Part shown: positions 25,366 through 34,527 of the stretch, in pieces
Layout of the letters: each line of letters begins with the position of its first letter
Position numbering within the stretch: the first letter of the stretch is position 1
DNA from: a virus
Lineage: Duplodnaviria; Caudoviricetes
DNA length: 54,154 nucleotides
IMG/VR virus record: IMGVR_UViG_3300042889_000421
Coordinates: 1 to 54,154 of that record
Strand: one strand, 5' to 3'
Made by a program: the position numbers and the translations under genes
Notes under the pieces: model-generated
What the model saw: only the letters and a program-made list of their open reading frames with translations
Told to the model about the DNA's origin: nothing
Database searches by the model: none

Positions 25366-26633
25366 TGGGGTTAAAGAGTGCGGGTGATATAGATATTCAT
25401 CAATTAGATATAGTCTCTTCTACAGGGTTAACTCTTGATATTAGGCATCTTTGTTTGACTATCAATATCTATGAAGATATATTTTCACCATTCATAACTG
25501 GTTCATTAGTTATAAAAGATTCTTTAGATTTGGTAAACTCTTTTCCTCTTATTGGTGATGAAACTCTTCATGTAAAAATGGCAACCCCAGGTTTCACTAA
25601 AGAAGGTTCATATATTCAAAATACCTTTAGGATATACAAGTTATCAGATAGGGAATTTATGGGTGATCGTTGTGTAAGTTATATTTTACATTTCGTATCT
25701 GCTGAAGCAATGGTAGATCTTAATGTAAAGATTAGTCGTGCATATAATGATAATATTGGAGTTCTTGCAGCAAAACTTCTTGATGAATATAGTGTTAAAT
25801 CTAATGTAGAAAGATACCATGTAGAACCAACAAATAATGGGTTAGCTTATGTTTCTAATTTTTGGTCACCATTTAAAAATTTAAATTATTTAGCAGATCA
25901 TGCATTATCATTAACCAATTCTCCAACATTCTTATTCTTTGAAAATAGAAATGGATTGAATTTTATATCTTTAGAAGCTCTATACAATAATGAATCTGTG
26001 CGAGAATTTAGCAAAGACAATTTTGTTAGAGACTTTACATACAATGGTAACATAAGAAATATAGAACAAGATTATAGTGGTATTATGGATATAGTTATTC
26101 CAACAGCATTTAACTATATGGATAATATTCAGAATGGTTCTTATTCCTCTACTCTGATAACACATGATGTTACTACAAAAAACTATATGGTTAGAAAGTT
26201 TGATGTTTTGGAAAATTATACAAAAGATGTAAGACTTAATAAGTATCCTTATTTAACTAAAACATTGATGCACAATTCAAATTCTGCTATTGCAACAATT
26301 CATAAGGCAAATGCTTTAATGACTGGTAATCATGATTGGTCAAATTCTAAATATTTTCAAAGAAGAAGATCTCTTATGAATATTGCAGAGAGTTGTAAAG
26401 TAGAAATTACTGTACTTGGTAGAACTGATTATACAGTTGGACAAAAAATTAAGTTAAAGTTATATAAGAATCAGGCTATTGAAAAACAAGATAAAGATAT
26501 AGTTGATAAAGTATTTTCTGGTTATTATATCATTTCATCTATACGCCACAAAATAAATAATCAATTACATGAATGTATTTTTGAATTGATAAAAGATTCT
26601 TTTGATATAAATCTAAATATGGGAAGCATATGA
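25365..26633 (+). CDS. Baseplate hub protein, gp27-like
   Basis: INIYEDIFSPFITG, FLFFEN..G.NF.SL, SGYYIISSIRH; lies between gp53 and gp5. Confidence 0.75.
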   Translation: MGLKSAGDIDIHQLDIVSSTGLTLDIRHLCLTINIYEDIFSPFITGSLVIKDSLDLVNSFPLIGDETLHVKMATPGFTKEGSYIQNTFRIYKLSDREFMGDRCVSYILHFVSAEAMVDLNVKISRAYNDNIGVLAAKLLDEYSVKSNVERYHVEPTNNGLAYVSNFWSPFKNLNYLADHALSLTNSPTFLFFENRNGLNFISLEALYNNESVREFSKDNFVRDFTYNGNIRNIEQDYSGIMDIVIPTAFNYMDNIQNGSYSSTLITHDVTTKNYMVRKFDVLENYTKDVRLNKYPYLTKTLMHNSNSAIATIHKANALMTGNHDWSNSKYFQRRRSLMNIAESCKVEITVLGRTDYTVGQKIKLKLYKNQAIEKQDKDIVDKVFSGYYIISSIRHKINNQLHECIFELIKDSFDINLNMGSI

Positions 26634-27316
26634 ATCAGATATTTTACACTGGGGTAGTTGAAAATAGACTTGATCCCCTAAAACTTGGTAGATGTCAAGT
26701 TAGGATTGTTGGTTTACATACAGAAAACAAAGTGGAATTGCCAACATTTGATTTACCTTGGGCACATCCTATGATGCCTATTAATTCTGCTTCTATGAAT
26801 GGTATTGGTTGGAGTCCTACTGGAGTTGTTCAAGGTTCGTGGGTAGTTGTAATATTTCTTGATGATGCTCAACAACAACCTATAATGCTTGGGACTCTTG
26901 GTGGTATACCTCAAACAAGATCTGCCGCATATGTTTCAGAAGTTACTAATGGTGCTGTAACTACAGATGTAGATGGTGAATTAATAAGCACAACTGGAGA
27001 TGTAGTAACAGAATTAATTGATTCTATTGCTGAAGATAAGGTTGAAGGTGTTACTCAAGAAACTGCCAAGAAATATCATATCAATGCGATAACAGTTCAA
27101 TTATCAGAAGGAACACATACAACATATGATATTAAATCTAATATTGATGATACGACAATTTCAACTGTTGCTTATGATGAGAACACTAAGAAATACAACG
27201 CAACTTTATTAAACCCTGAACAATGGGAAGATTTCCAATATTTGCCATTCAAAGGAACCAGTATGTCTTTTGATACTAAAGAACAAGTATTAAACTATTT
27301 TGACAATAACTTTTAA
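26630..27316 (+). CDS. gp5 N-terminal OB-fold as a separate gene, with an extra acidic C-terminal region
   Basis: GVVENRLDPLKLGRCQVRIVGLHT..DLPWA...QQPIMLGTL. Confidence 0.9.
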   Translation: MNQIFYTGVVENRLDPLKLGRCQVRIVGLHTENKVELPTFDLPWAHPMMPINSASMNGIGWSPTGVVQGSWVVVIFLDDAQQQPIMLGTLGGIPQTRSAAYVSEVTNGAVTTDVDGELISTTGDVVTELIDSIAEDKVEGVTQETAKKYHINAITVQLSEGTHTTYDIKSNIDDTTISTVAYDENTKKYNATLLNPEQWEDFQYLPFKGTSMSFDTKEQVLNYFDNNF

Positions 27317-27324
27317 GGTATATT

Positions 27325-30231
27325 ATGGCTGATCCAATAGAAAGCATACCAATCCCAAGTACACCACCTACTAGTTCTGGTGCAACACAAGGAGCAGTCG
27401 CAGGTATAGCAGCTATTATCGCTGCCTGTGATGCTGCTGGTTTAAAATCTAAATATGCTAAATGTGCCTTGCTTGGTGTTGCTGGTGTTGAAAGCAAATG
27501 GTTATATTCGGCATTAGAAGATCATACTTATTCCACCAAGGGTATACGTGGAACTTGGCCAAGGATTAAACAACCAGACGCAGAACATTGGAATAATAAA
27601 CCAAATCAATATTCTAGGGTAGAATTCTTTGGTTTTATCTATGGCACAAGTAAAAACAAACCTGCATCTATCGGAAATTATCATGGTAGGGGGTTTATAC
27701 AAATTACTTTCCCAGAAGCATATAAGGCTATTGGGGATAAATTAGGTATTGATTTAGTTGGGAATCCTGATTTAGTGGCTTCTTCTGCTGATATTGGCGG
27801 TAAGGTTATGGTGGAATTTGTCAAGTGGAAAATGAAAGACTGGGAAACACGACAATGGAGTTCTGGATTTTTTGATTATTTACTGAGTAAAGTAGGCGGT
27901 GATGCGAATGGCTGGCCAGTAAAAAGAAAATATTATGAATACTTCTTAGGTGGTAAATCGGATTCTCCTCCAACAAATAAAGATCCATCCTCAACCTCAG
28001 TAAATAAAACTGCTAGAGAAATAGATTTATCTAATCCAAATAAACGAGAAGCATATACTGAAGATAGATCTGCAAATTTCAATACAGAAGGATTTACTGA
28101 TCCGGAAGGGAAATACCCACTTAGAGATTTTATGAATGAACCAGATACCAATAGACTTGCTCGTGGTATTATAGATGGAACTCATGTAAAATTTAAAGAT
28201 ATAACTAGAAAACTTGATATCCCTATTGCTAATATGGCAGGTGGTACGGGTGAACAGGGCACTTGGGATCAACCAGAATGTGCGTATAATACGGTATATC
28301 CATTTAACAAGGTATTTGAGTCTGAGGCTGGACATGTTTTAGAATTTGATGATAGTCCAGATGGTGAACGGGTAAATATCTACCACAGTAAAGGGACATT
28401 TATTGAAATAGATCCTAATGGTTCTCAAATTAATTATATCGTTGGTGATGGATTTTATATCACAGAAAATAATGGAAATGTTTTTATTAATGGAACATGT
28501 AATATAACAGTTGCTAGTGAATTGAATATTTTATGTCAAGGAAATGCTAATATTGAAGTGAACGGAACAGCAGATGTTGTTATTCATGATGACCTTAATA
28601 TTGGTGTTGCAAAAGATCTTAATATTGCTGTGGGTGGGGATTATAATGTTCTTGTAGAAGGAAATTATAATGTTGAAGTTGCTAAAACTTCTAATACTAG
28701 ATCAATTGGTACAATGTCTATTGAATCTACTGATGCATTAAAATTAAAAACTGCTAAGACTATGAGCATGGAAGGGGGTGATACTGCTTCTACTGCTGAA
28801 ACATTAATGAAGATGTCTAGTAGTTTCAAATTGGAAACACCTGCTGATTTTCAAATTAAAGCAAAAACTTTCACGCTGGATATAGAAGATTCAACTGAGA
28901 TAAAAACTAAAACCTTTTTGCTTCAAACAGAAGAAACTACTAAGATTAAAACAGATATGTTTCAATTAGATGGAACAACATCTACAGATATTCTTACAGG
29001 AATGTTTAATACTACTACAACTATGGGTATTCTTCAACTAAATTCTACTGGAACTGCTATTATAAACGCTAATGCCACATTATCTGCAACAGCAGGTTTT
29101 ATAGATTTGAATGGAACTGCTATACCACCAACCCCAATAACTGCAATATCCGATAAAGTAGAACCATTAGTATTATTAGGTGCCCCAAAAGTTCCAGTAG
29201 ATTTTGCTGGAGATCCTGTTAAAGATAGAAAAGAAGAGCAAGTATTAGTTGATACTGTATTAAATCCTGCTGGTGAATATAACCCAAACACATTATCAAA
29301 ATCTATTATTGAATATGCGTTAACTGGTATACCATTTGTTGGTGGTATTGCTCCAGATATATATGATGTTAAATATACTGGTGCACCAATTGAGAATAAG
29401 ACATCATTAACTTCATCTGGAGCAAGTGTTAGTCCTTATTCTAAATTACAAGTACCACCAAGTGTAGGTTCAAATAAACCACCACAAAATAATTTAAAAA
29501 CTCCAGAAAGACATTCTGAATCAACATCAAAATATGAAACTGAAGCGGATTGGGCAAGTTCGGGTGGTCAGAAATTAGAACATAAAATATCATCAACAAG
29601 TGATTATGAACACAATCATGTTGATCCAACTGCTGAAGATTCTACTACTCCTTCTGGAGGAAAATCTGGGGGGACTGATATTTCTCAAGATAAACTTAAT
29701 GATATAAATGGAAGAGGTGATTTCCCTTTAAGTTATCCATTATCTAAACATTTTACTTTAGGTATGTTATGTAAAGATGGTAATCTACAGGAACAAACTA
29801 TAGCAGGAACTCTATACACAAAAGCCAATATAGTTGCTAATTTATCTGAGTTGTGCGAAAATTTATTAGAAAAAATATATGATGAACTTGGTCCTTGTCA
29901 AGGTGGAGGAAATGGTGCTACTTGGAGAATTTCTGATGGATTTAGACCTAATAATAGAGCAAATTCTAAAGGTTCTAAAACTTCACACCATCTAAAAGGT
30001 AGGGCTGCAGATATTCAATTAGTAACACCAAATAAAATATCTGATCTGTATGATCTATGTGTAAAGTTAGAAAAGATATTACCATATCAAGAATGCTTTA
30101 TGGAATATGCTAATGGTGGAAAATCTAGATGGATTCATTTAGCATATGATAAAAATAATTCATCTAAAGAAGTTACTACTCAGGTAGAGTGGAAAAAGAA
30201 ATCTAATAAAATAGAAAAACTATTTTCATAA
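27325..30231 (+). CDS. gp5: Central spike gp5 body: GH19-like lysozyme + beta-helix + peptidase M15-like domain
   Basis: YHGRGFIQIT; GFTDPEGKYP, YPFNKVFESEAGH..EFDD; V.G repeats; SHHLKGRAADI...WIHL. Confidence 0.85.
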   Translation: MADPIESIPIPSTPPTSSGATQGAVAGIAAIIAACDAAGLKSKYAKCALLGVAGVESKWLYSALEDHTYSTKGIRGTWPRIKQPDAEHWNNKPNQYSRVEFFGFIYGTSKNKPASIGNYHGRGFIQITFPEAYKAIGDKLGIDLVGNPDLVASSADIGGKVMVEFVKWKMKDWETRQWSSGFFDYLLSKVGGDANGWPVKRKYYEYFLGGKSDSPPTNKDPSSTSVNKTAREIDLSNPNKREAYTEDRSANFNTEGFTDPEGKYPLRDFMNEPDTNRLARGIIDGTHVKFKDITRKLDIPIANMAGGTGEQGTWDQPECAYNTVYPFNKVFESEAGHVLEFDDSPDGERVNIYHSKGTFIEIDPNGSQINYIVGDGFYITENNGNVFINGTCNITVASELNILCQGNANIEVNGTADVVIHDDLNIGVAKDLNIAVGGDYNVLVEGNYNVEVAKTSNTRSIGTMSIESTDALKLKTAKTMSMEGGDTASTAETLMKMSSSFKLETPADFQIKAKTFTLDIEDSTEIKTKTFLLQTEETTKIKTDMFQLDGTTSTDILTGMFNTTTTMGILQLNSTGTAIINANATLSATAGFIDLNGTAIPPTPITAISDKVEPLVLLGAPKVPVDFAGDPVKDRKEEQVLVDTVLNPAGEYNPNTLSKSIIEYALTGIPFVGGIAPDIYDVKYTGAPIENKTSLTSSGASVSPYSKLQVPPSVGSNKPPQNNLKTPERHSESTSKYETEADWASSGGQKLEHKISSTSDYEHNHVDPTAEDSTTPSGGKSGGTDISQDKLNDINGRGDFPLSYPLSKHFTLGMLCKDGNLQEQTIAGTLYTKANIVANLSELCENLLEKIYDELGPCQGGGNGATWRISDGFRPNNRANSKGSKTSHHLKGRAADIQLVTPNKISDLYDLCVKLEKILPYQECFMEYANGGKSRWIHLAYDKNNSSKEVTTQVEWKKKSNKIEKLFS

Positions 30232-30240
30232 GGAATTGAT

Positions 30241-30621
30241 ATGCCAGCAGTAGCGAGAAGAGGAGGACAGGATACAGTAAATACTGGTCATACTTGTGAT
30301 GCTACTACTGTAACTGATGTTGGTTCGTCTAATGTGTTTGTGAATGGTTATGGTGTTTGTAGACAAGGTGATGCAATTCAAATACATAACATTAAAGTTG
30401 GACAATACTGTGTCCCACATACAGCTGTTATCAATACAGGTTCTAATAGTGTTTATGTTAATGGAAAACCTATTGCTAGAAATGGGGATTCTACTGATCT
30501 TGGAACTTTAACATCTGGTTCTTCAAACGTATTTGCAGGAACAGGAACTTTCCTGTTAGTAACAGAAGATGGTTTTCAAATAATCACAGAAGATGGATTT
30601 ATATATGAAGGAGGGTATTAA
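30241..30621 (+). CDS. PAAR spike-tip protein (gp5.4-like) with a C-terminal extension
   Basis: MPAVAR.G..D...GH.C, VFVNG..CRQGD, GKPIARNGD, SGSSNVFAG, then LLVTEDGFQIITEDG. Confidence 0.9.
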   Translation: MPAVARRGGQDTVNTGHTCDATTVTDVGSSNVFVNGYGVCRQGDAIQIHNIKVGQYCVPHTAVINTGSNSVYVNGKPIARNGDSTDLGTLTSGSSNVFAGTGTFLLVTEDGFQIITEDGFIYEGGY

Positions 30622-33386
30622 TGGCAACAAAAAAATTATCTGATTTACCAGTAGCTTCAACAATAGTTGGAACTGAAACTATTTTTGGTTTACAAAGTGG
30701 GGTTTCTGTTCAGATACCTTATGGTAGTTTTAATGGTATTACCTCGACTGGCAGCGTTGGGATTGGGACGAGTAGTCCTAATAACAGATTAGATGTACTT
30801 AATGGAGTAGCCAATAGTGCGGGAGATTCTATAGCAAGTGCTGTTGCTTCATTTACTGGACTAAATTATAACTTTAACACAGGAAGTAATCCTGCAACAT
30901 TTCAAATACAATCAAATTCAACTTTAGGTATTGATGTTGGTGCAACCATAGGTTTAGGTGGCAGGTATACAGGGACATCATTTGCTCAATTTGCAATAAT
31001 TAAGGGGGCTAAAGAAAACGCAACTGATGGTAATTTTGCCTCATATCTTGCATTTGGAACAAGGTTAAGTGGAAATCAAGTAACAGAAAAAATGCGCATC
31101 ACCTCCGCAGGAGGCATATCTTTTGGTTCATCGGGTACAGCGTATGGTACATCTGGACAAGTATTAACATCGGCAGGTAACGCAGCACCAACTTGGACAA
31201 CTCCTACAACAGGCACGGTAACTTCTGTCGGTGGTACAGGAACTGTTTCAGGACTGACATTAACTGGTACTGTCACTTCTACTGGTTCTTTAACTTTAGG
31301 TGGAACTCTTGCTTTAGGTAGTTTGAACACATCAGGTACAGCTGCTGGATTATCTGCTACTTTAATTGTCGGTTCTGGTGGTACAGGTGTAACAACTTTA
31401 ACTGGTATTCCATACGGTAATGCAACTTCTGCCTTTACTGTTGCAACTGCTGCCCAATTAGTAACTGCAATAGGCGCATCAACAACATCAGTCGCTGGTA
31501 GTATGAGTGCCGCAGACAAGACTAAACTGGACGGTATCACGGGAACATTGGACTTAAAAGCACCACTGGCTTCACCGACATTAAGTAACCCAACCTACAC
31601 AGGCACACTCACAGGCTCAACGGACATACTGAACATTGGTTCAGGTCAAGTCTATAAAGATGCTTCCGGCAACGTGGGGATTGGGTGTACACCTACTTCA
31701 ATTCCAGCAACAGGAAACCCAGTTGTAGGGGCAAGTAATTTAATAATGTATAACGCTGGTGATTTAGGTTTAACATTACTAACTGATAACGCAGCTACTA
31801 GAACGCAACAAATAGGGTTCGGTTCAGCGGGTATATCACTATTTGATGCGGGGCTTAAATACGATAATAGCTCAAGAAGCTTGCAGTTATGGACAGGGGC
31901 ATCTGTAAAAACGACCATAGACGTCTTCGGCAACGTGGGGATTGGGGCGAGTATTCCAGGTGCAAAACTTCATGTTTTTGGAAATAATGGAATATTTGGG
32001 CTAAATTCTTTTTTTGGTCTTAATAGTTCCACTGCTGGTATTGGCATCGGTAATAACGCAAGTATTGGCCTTATCCAAGGGATGGCAACTGCCACTTCTT
32101 CAACAACTGCTGATATTGCAATTAACCCTAATGGCGGCAACGTGGGGATTGGGACTGCTAGTCCTACATCAAAATTGGATGTTTATGGTGGTTATATAAC
32201 CACAGCAAACAGTCAACTATCTTTTGGGGATATACTCAGTACAACAGCATCTTTAGTGGCAGGAAATTGGTATCGAATAGCGACATTTCCTGCCTCTAAC
32301 CAAGGACAAGATGTTGAGATTCATATTCGACACGGACACACACATAATAATACTGTAATAAAAGTTGCCAAAGGTACTGGTCAATGGCGTGCCGAAGTTT
32401 ATCGTGCTGGATATTATGTAAATCCAACAGATAATGCTGGGTATCCTGCAATTAACAAAGTTCGAGTTTATGATATTGGTGTTAATAGTGCTACGCATAT
32501 TGACGTACAAATCTTAGGGAATACTGGTTCCCTTACTTATAATGTTATTGTCAAAAATGATATTGCTGATGTAACAGGAAATAGAATAACTCTTGTTGGA
32601 TTTACAGATCAAGGAACAACCCCTGCAGGCATTGAATTTCAAGCAATAGGTACAATGGCGAGTTGGGGTAATAATGGGGGTCAGCGTGTAACATTCAATG
32701 AAAACGGCAACATATCAGGCACAAACATAACTACTGGCGGTGACGTAACAGGTTCTTCAACTTCTTGCACAGGCAACGCTGCTACTGCTACAAATCAATC
32801 AGGGGGTACTGTTAGCGCAACCACTGGAGCGTTTAGTGGTACTACTTCATTTCCATGTGCGACTGGAGCATTTAATATACAGAATGGCACGGGCGATGGA
32901 GCTTCATTCACTGTTTATAACACAGCTATTCATAGCCATTGGGGTATTGGGTTTAGAGATTATCAAGATTTAACTACGGTTAAAGCATATATTGATTGTA
33001 GGTCTGGAGATATTGGAACAAGTGGGTCTTTTGTAGGCGCAAACGTCCCAGTAATATCCGGAACCGCCCCAGTCTACGCATGCAGAGCGTGGGTAAACTT
33101 CAACGGTACTGGTGCTCCTATGGGTATTCGTGCAAGTGGGAACGTGTCGAGTATTACGGATAACGGGACTGGGTCTTACACAGTCAACTTTATAACTGCT
33201 ATGCCTGATATTAATTATGCGGCAGTAGTGAGTGGTACTACGACAACAGGGACTGATACGGCATCTACTGGTACTATTGCCGCAGTAGATTTTACTTCTT
33301 CTAACTTTAGAATTGATTGCGAAACTGGGAATGGCACTCCAGTCCAATCTGATTTTGCAATAGTGTGTGCTGCCATATTCCGCTAA
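30621..33386 (+). CDS. Tail fibre / receptor-binding protein
   Basis: Gly/Thr-rich, GNVGIG modules, C-terminal AWVNFNG...SSITDNGTG.YTVNF domain. Confidence 0.85.
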   Translation: MATKKLSDLPVASTIVGTETIFGLQSGVSVQIPYGSFNGITSTGSVGIGTSSPNNRLDVLNGVANSAGDSIASAVASFTGLNYNFNTGSNPATFQIQSNSTLGIDVGATIGLGGRYTGTSFAQFAIIKGAKENATDGNFASYLAFGTRLSGNQVTEKMRITSAGGISFGSSGTAYGTSGQVLTSAGNAAPTWTTPTTGTVTSVGGTGTVSGLTLTGTVTSTGSLTLGGTLALGSLNTSGTAAGLSATLIVGSGGTGVTTLTGIPYGNATSAFTVATAAQLVTAIGASTTSVAGSMSAADKTKLDGITGTLDLKAPLASPTLSNPTYTGTLTGSTDILNIGSGQVYKDASGNVGIGCTPTSIPATGNPVVGASNLIMYNAGDLGLTLLTDNAATRTQQIGFGSAGISLFDAGLKYDNSSRSLQLWTGASVKTTIDVFGNVGIGASIPGAKLHVFGNNGIFGLNSFFGLNSSTAGIGIGNNASIGLIQGMATATSSTTADIAINPNGGNVGIGTASPTSKLDVYGGYITTANSQLSFGDILSTTASLVAGNWYRIATFPASNQGQDVEIHIRHGHTHNNTVIKVAKGTGQWRAEVYRAGYYVNPTDNAGYPAINKVRVYDIGVNSATHIDVQILGNTGSLTYNVIVKNDIADVTGNRITLVGFTDQGTTPAGIEFQAIGTMASWGNNGGQRVTFNENGNISGTNITTGGDVTGSSTSCTGNAATATNQSGGTVSATTGAFSGTTSFPCATGAFNIQNGTGDGASFTVYNTAIHSHWGIGFRDYQDLTTVKAYIDCRSGDIGTSGSFVGANVPVISGTAPVYACRAWVNFNGTGAPMGIRASGNVSSITDNGTGSYTVNFITAMPDINYAAVVSGTTTTGTDTASTGTIAAVDFTSSNFRIDCETGNGTPVQSDFAIVCAAIFR
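31667..31685 (+). repeat. Exact 19-mer CGGCAACGTGGGGATTGGG, also at 31928, 32135 and 48715
   Basis: Four identical copies plus a variant at 30750. Confidence 0.9.
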
Positions 33387-33398
33387 GAGGACATCAAA

Positions 33399-33596
33399 AT
33401 GAATCAACGAATTATTTACCCTAACGATGATGGTGGCGTTGCTATTGTTATCCCGACCCCAGAGGCGTTGGAAACCATGACTATTGAAGATATTGCCGAA
33501 AAAACTGTGCCTGTCGGTAAACCGTTCAAGATTGTGGATGTGTCAGATATCCCAGAAGACAGGACTTTCCGTAACGCATGGGAGTACCAAGAATGA
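33399..33596 (+). CDS. Tail fibre accessory / chaperone
   Basis: RIIYP..GGVAIVIP...IPEDRTFRNAW; follows the fibre gene. Confidence 0.7.
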   Translation: MNQRIIYPNDDGGVAIVIPTPEALETMTIEDIAEKTVPVGKPFKIVDVSDIPEDRTFRNAWEYQE

Positions 33597-33871
33597 TTGT
33601 CATTAACTTAGACAAAGCTAAAGCGATTACTAAAGACCGCCTACGCCAAGAACGCACACCATTGCTTCAAGCATTAGATGTGGCTCAACTTAGAAATCTA
33701 GCTGATCCTGTAGCTTTAGCGGATATTGAAGCTAAGAAACAAGTGCTACGAGATGCAACTAAACAGGTTGACAGCTTGACTACGCTTGATGAACTTAAAG
33801 CAGCCCAACTCCCCAATGGATCACAAATAATAAAATTTGAAACCAAGATTCCTACTCAAATATCTATATAA
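33593..33871 (+). CDS. Tail fibre assembly chaperone-like protein
   Basis: Start MIVINLDKAK at 33593 (ATGA overlap); R.ER.PLL.ALDV...KQ.LRD motif. Confidence 0.7.
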   Translation: MIVINLDKAKAITKDRLRQERTPLLQALDVAQLRNLADPVALADIEAKKQVLRDATKQVDSLTTLDELKAAQLPNGSQIIKFETKIPTQISI

Positions 33872-33874
33872 ATA
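33867..33874 (+). promoter_or_regulatory. T4 late promoter
   Basis: Exact TATAAATA upstream of gp25. Confidence 0.75.
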
Positions 33875-33897
33875 CTATATAAAATTAGGTAGTTGAT

Positions 33898-34515
33898 ATG
33901 AAAAACACAAGAACATTTACAGATTTAGATCTTAACTTTACACCAGCACCATCTTCACAGGATAGATATGTTGGAACGGGAACAATTTCCTTTACTAATC
34001 TGAATTCTATAGTGTCTGGAATAAATGCTATTTTTCTAACATTCTTAGAAGTAAATAATAATCTCTATGTCGATAATGTATTCTTGGGTAAAATTAAAAC
34101 TATTATTTCAGATTCATCATTAGAACTTTATGGAGTTGTATCTCTTTCTAGTGAAATAAATAAGGCATTTACTTATTCTTTACCTGCAGATATATCAGTA
34201 AAGACTGATGCTAATGCAATAAAAGCGTCTCTTAAGCATCTAATTCTTACTATGAACTATGAAAGACATTTCAATAGTAAAGTTGGTTCGCAAGTTAATG
34301 CAATAATGTTTGAACCAGCTTCTCCTATGACTGAAATTTTGTTACGAAGATCTATAGAAGATACTATAACATCTTTTGAGCCTAGAGTTATTATATTAGA
34401 TATTGTGATAAATATGGATAAAGAAAATCATACTGCTAATATTTCCATATATTTCCAAATAGTAAATACAACACAACCACTAAGGATAGACTTAGTGTTA
34501 GAAAGAACACGTTAA
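33898..34515 (+). CDS. gp25: Baseplate wedge gp25-like protein with an inserted domain
   Basis: FTDLDLNF...AIKASLKHLILT..YER.F...GS..FEP, FEPRV, LERTR. Confidence 0.88.
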   Translation: MKNTRTFTDLDLNFTPAPSSQDRYVGTGTISFTNLNSIVSGINAIFLTFLEVNNNLYVDNVFLGKIKTIISDSSLELYGVVSLSSEINKAFTYSLPADISVKTDANAIKASLKHLILTMNYERHFNSKVGSQVNAIMFEPASPMTEILLRRSIEDTITSFEPRVIILDIVINMDKENHTANISIYFQIVNTTQPLRIDLVLERTR

Positions 34516-34527
34516 AGGGATAGATTA

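Noticed and set aside
27305-27327. Programmed frameshift fusing the two gp5 ORFs
   Set aside because: No canonical slippery heptamer, a stop at 27307 in the downstream frame, and the second ORF has its own RBS
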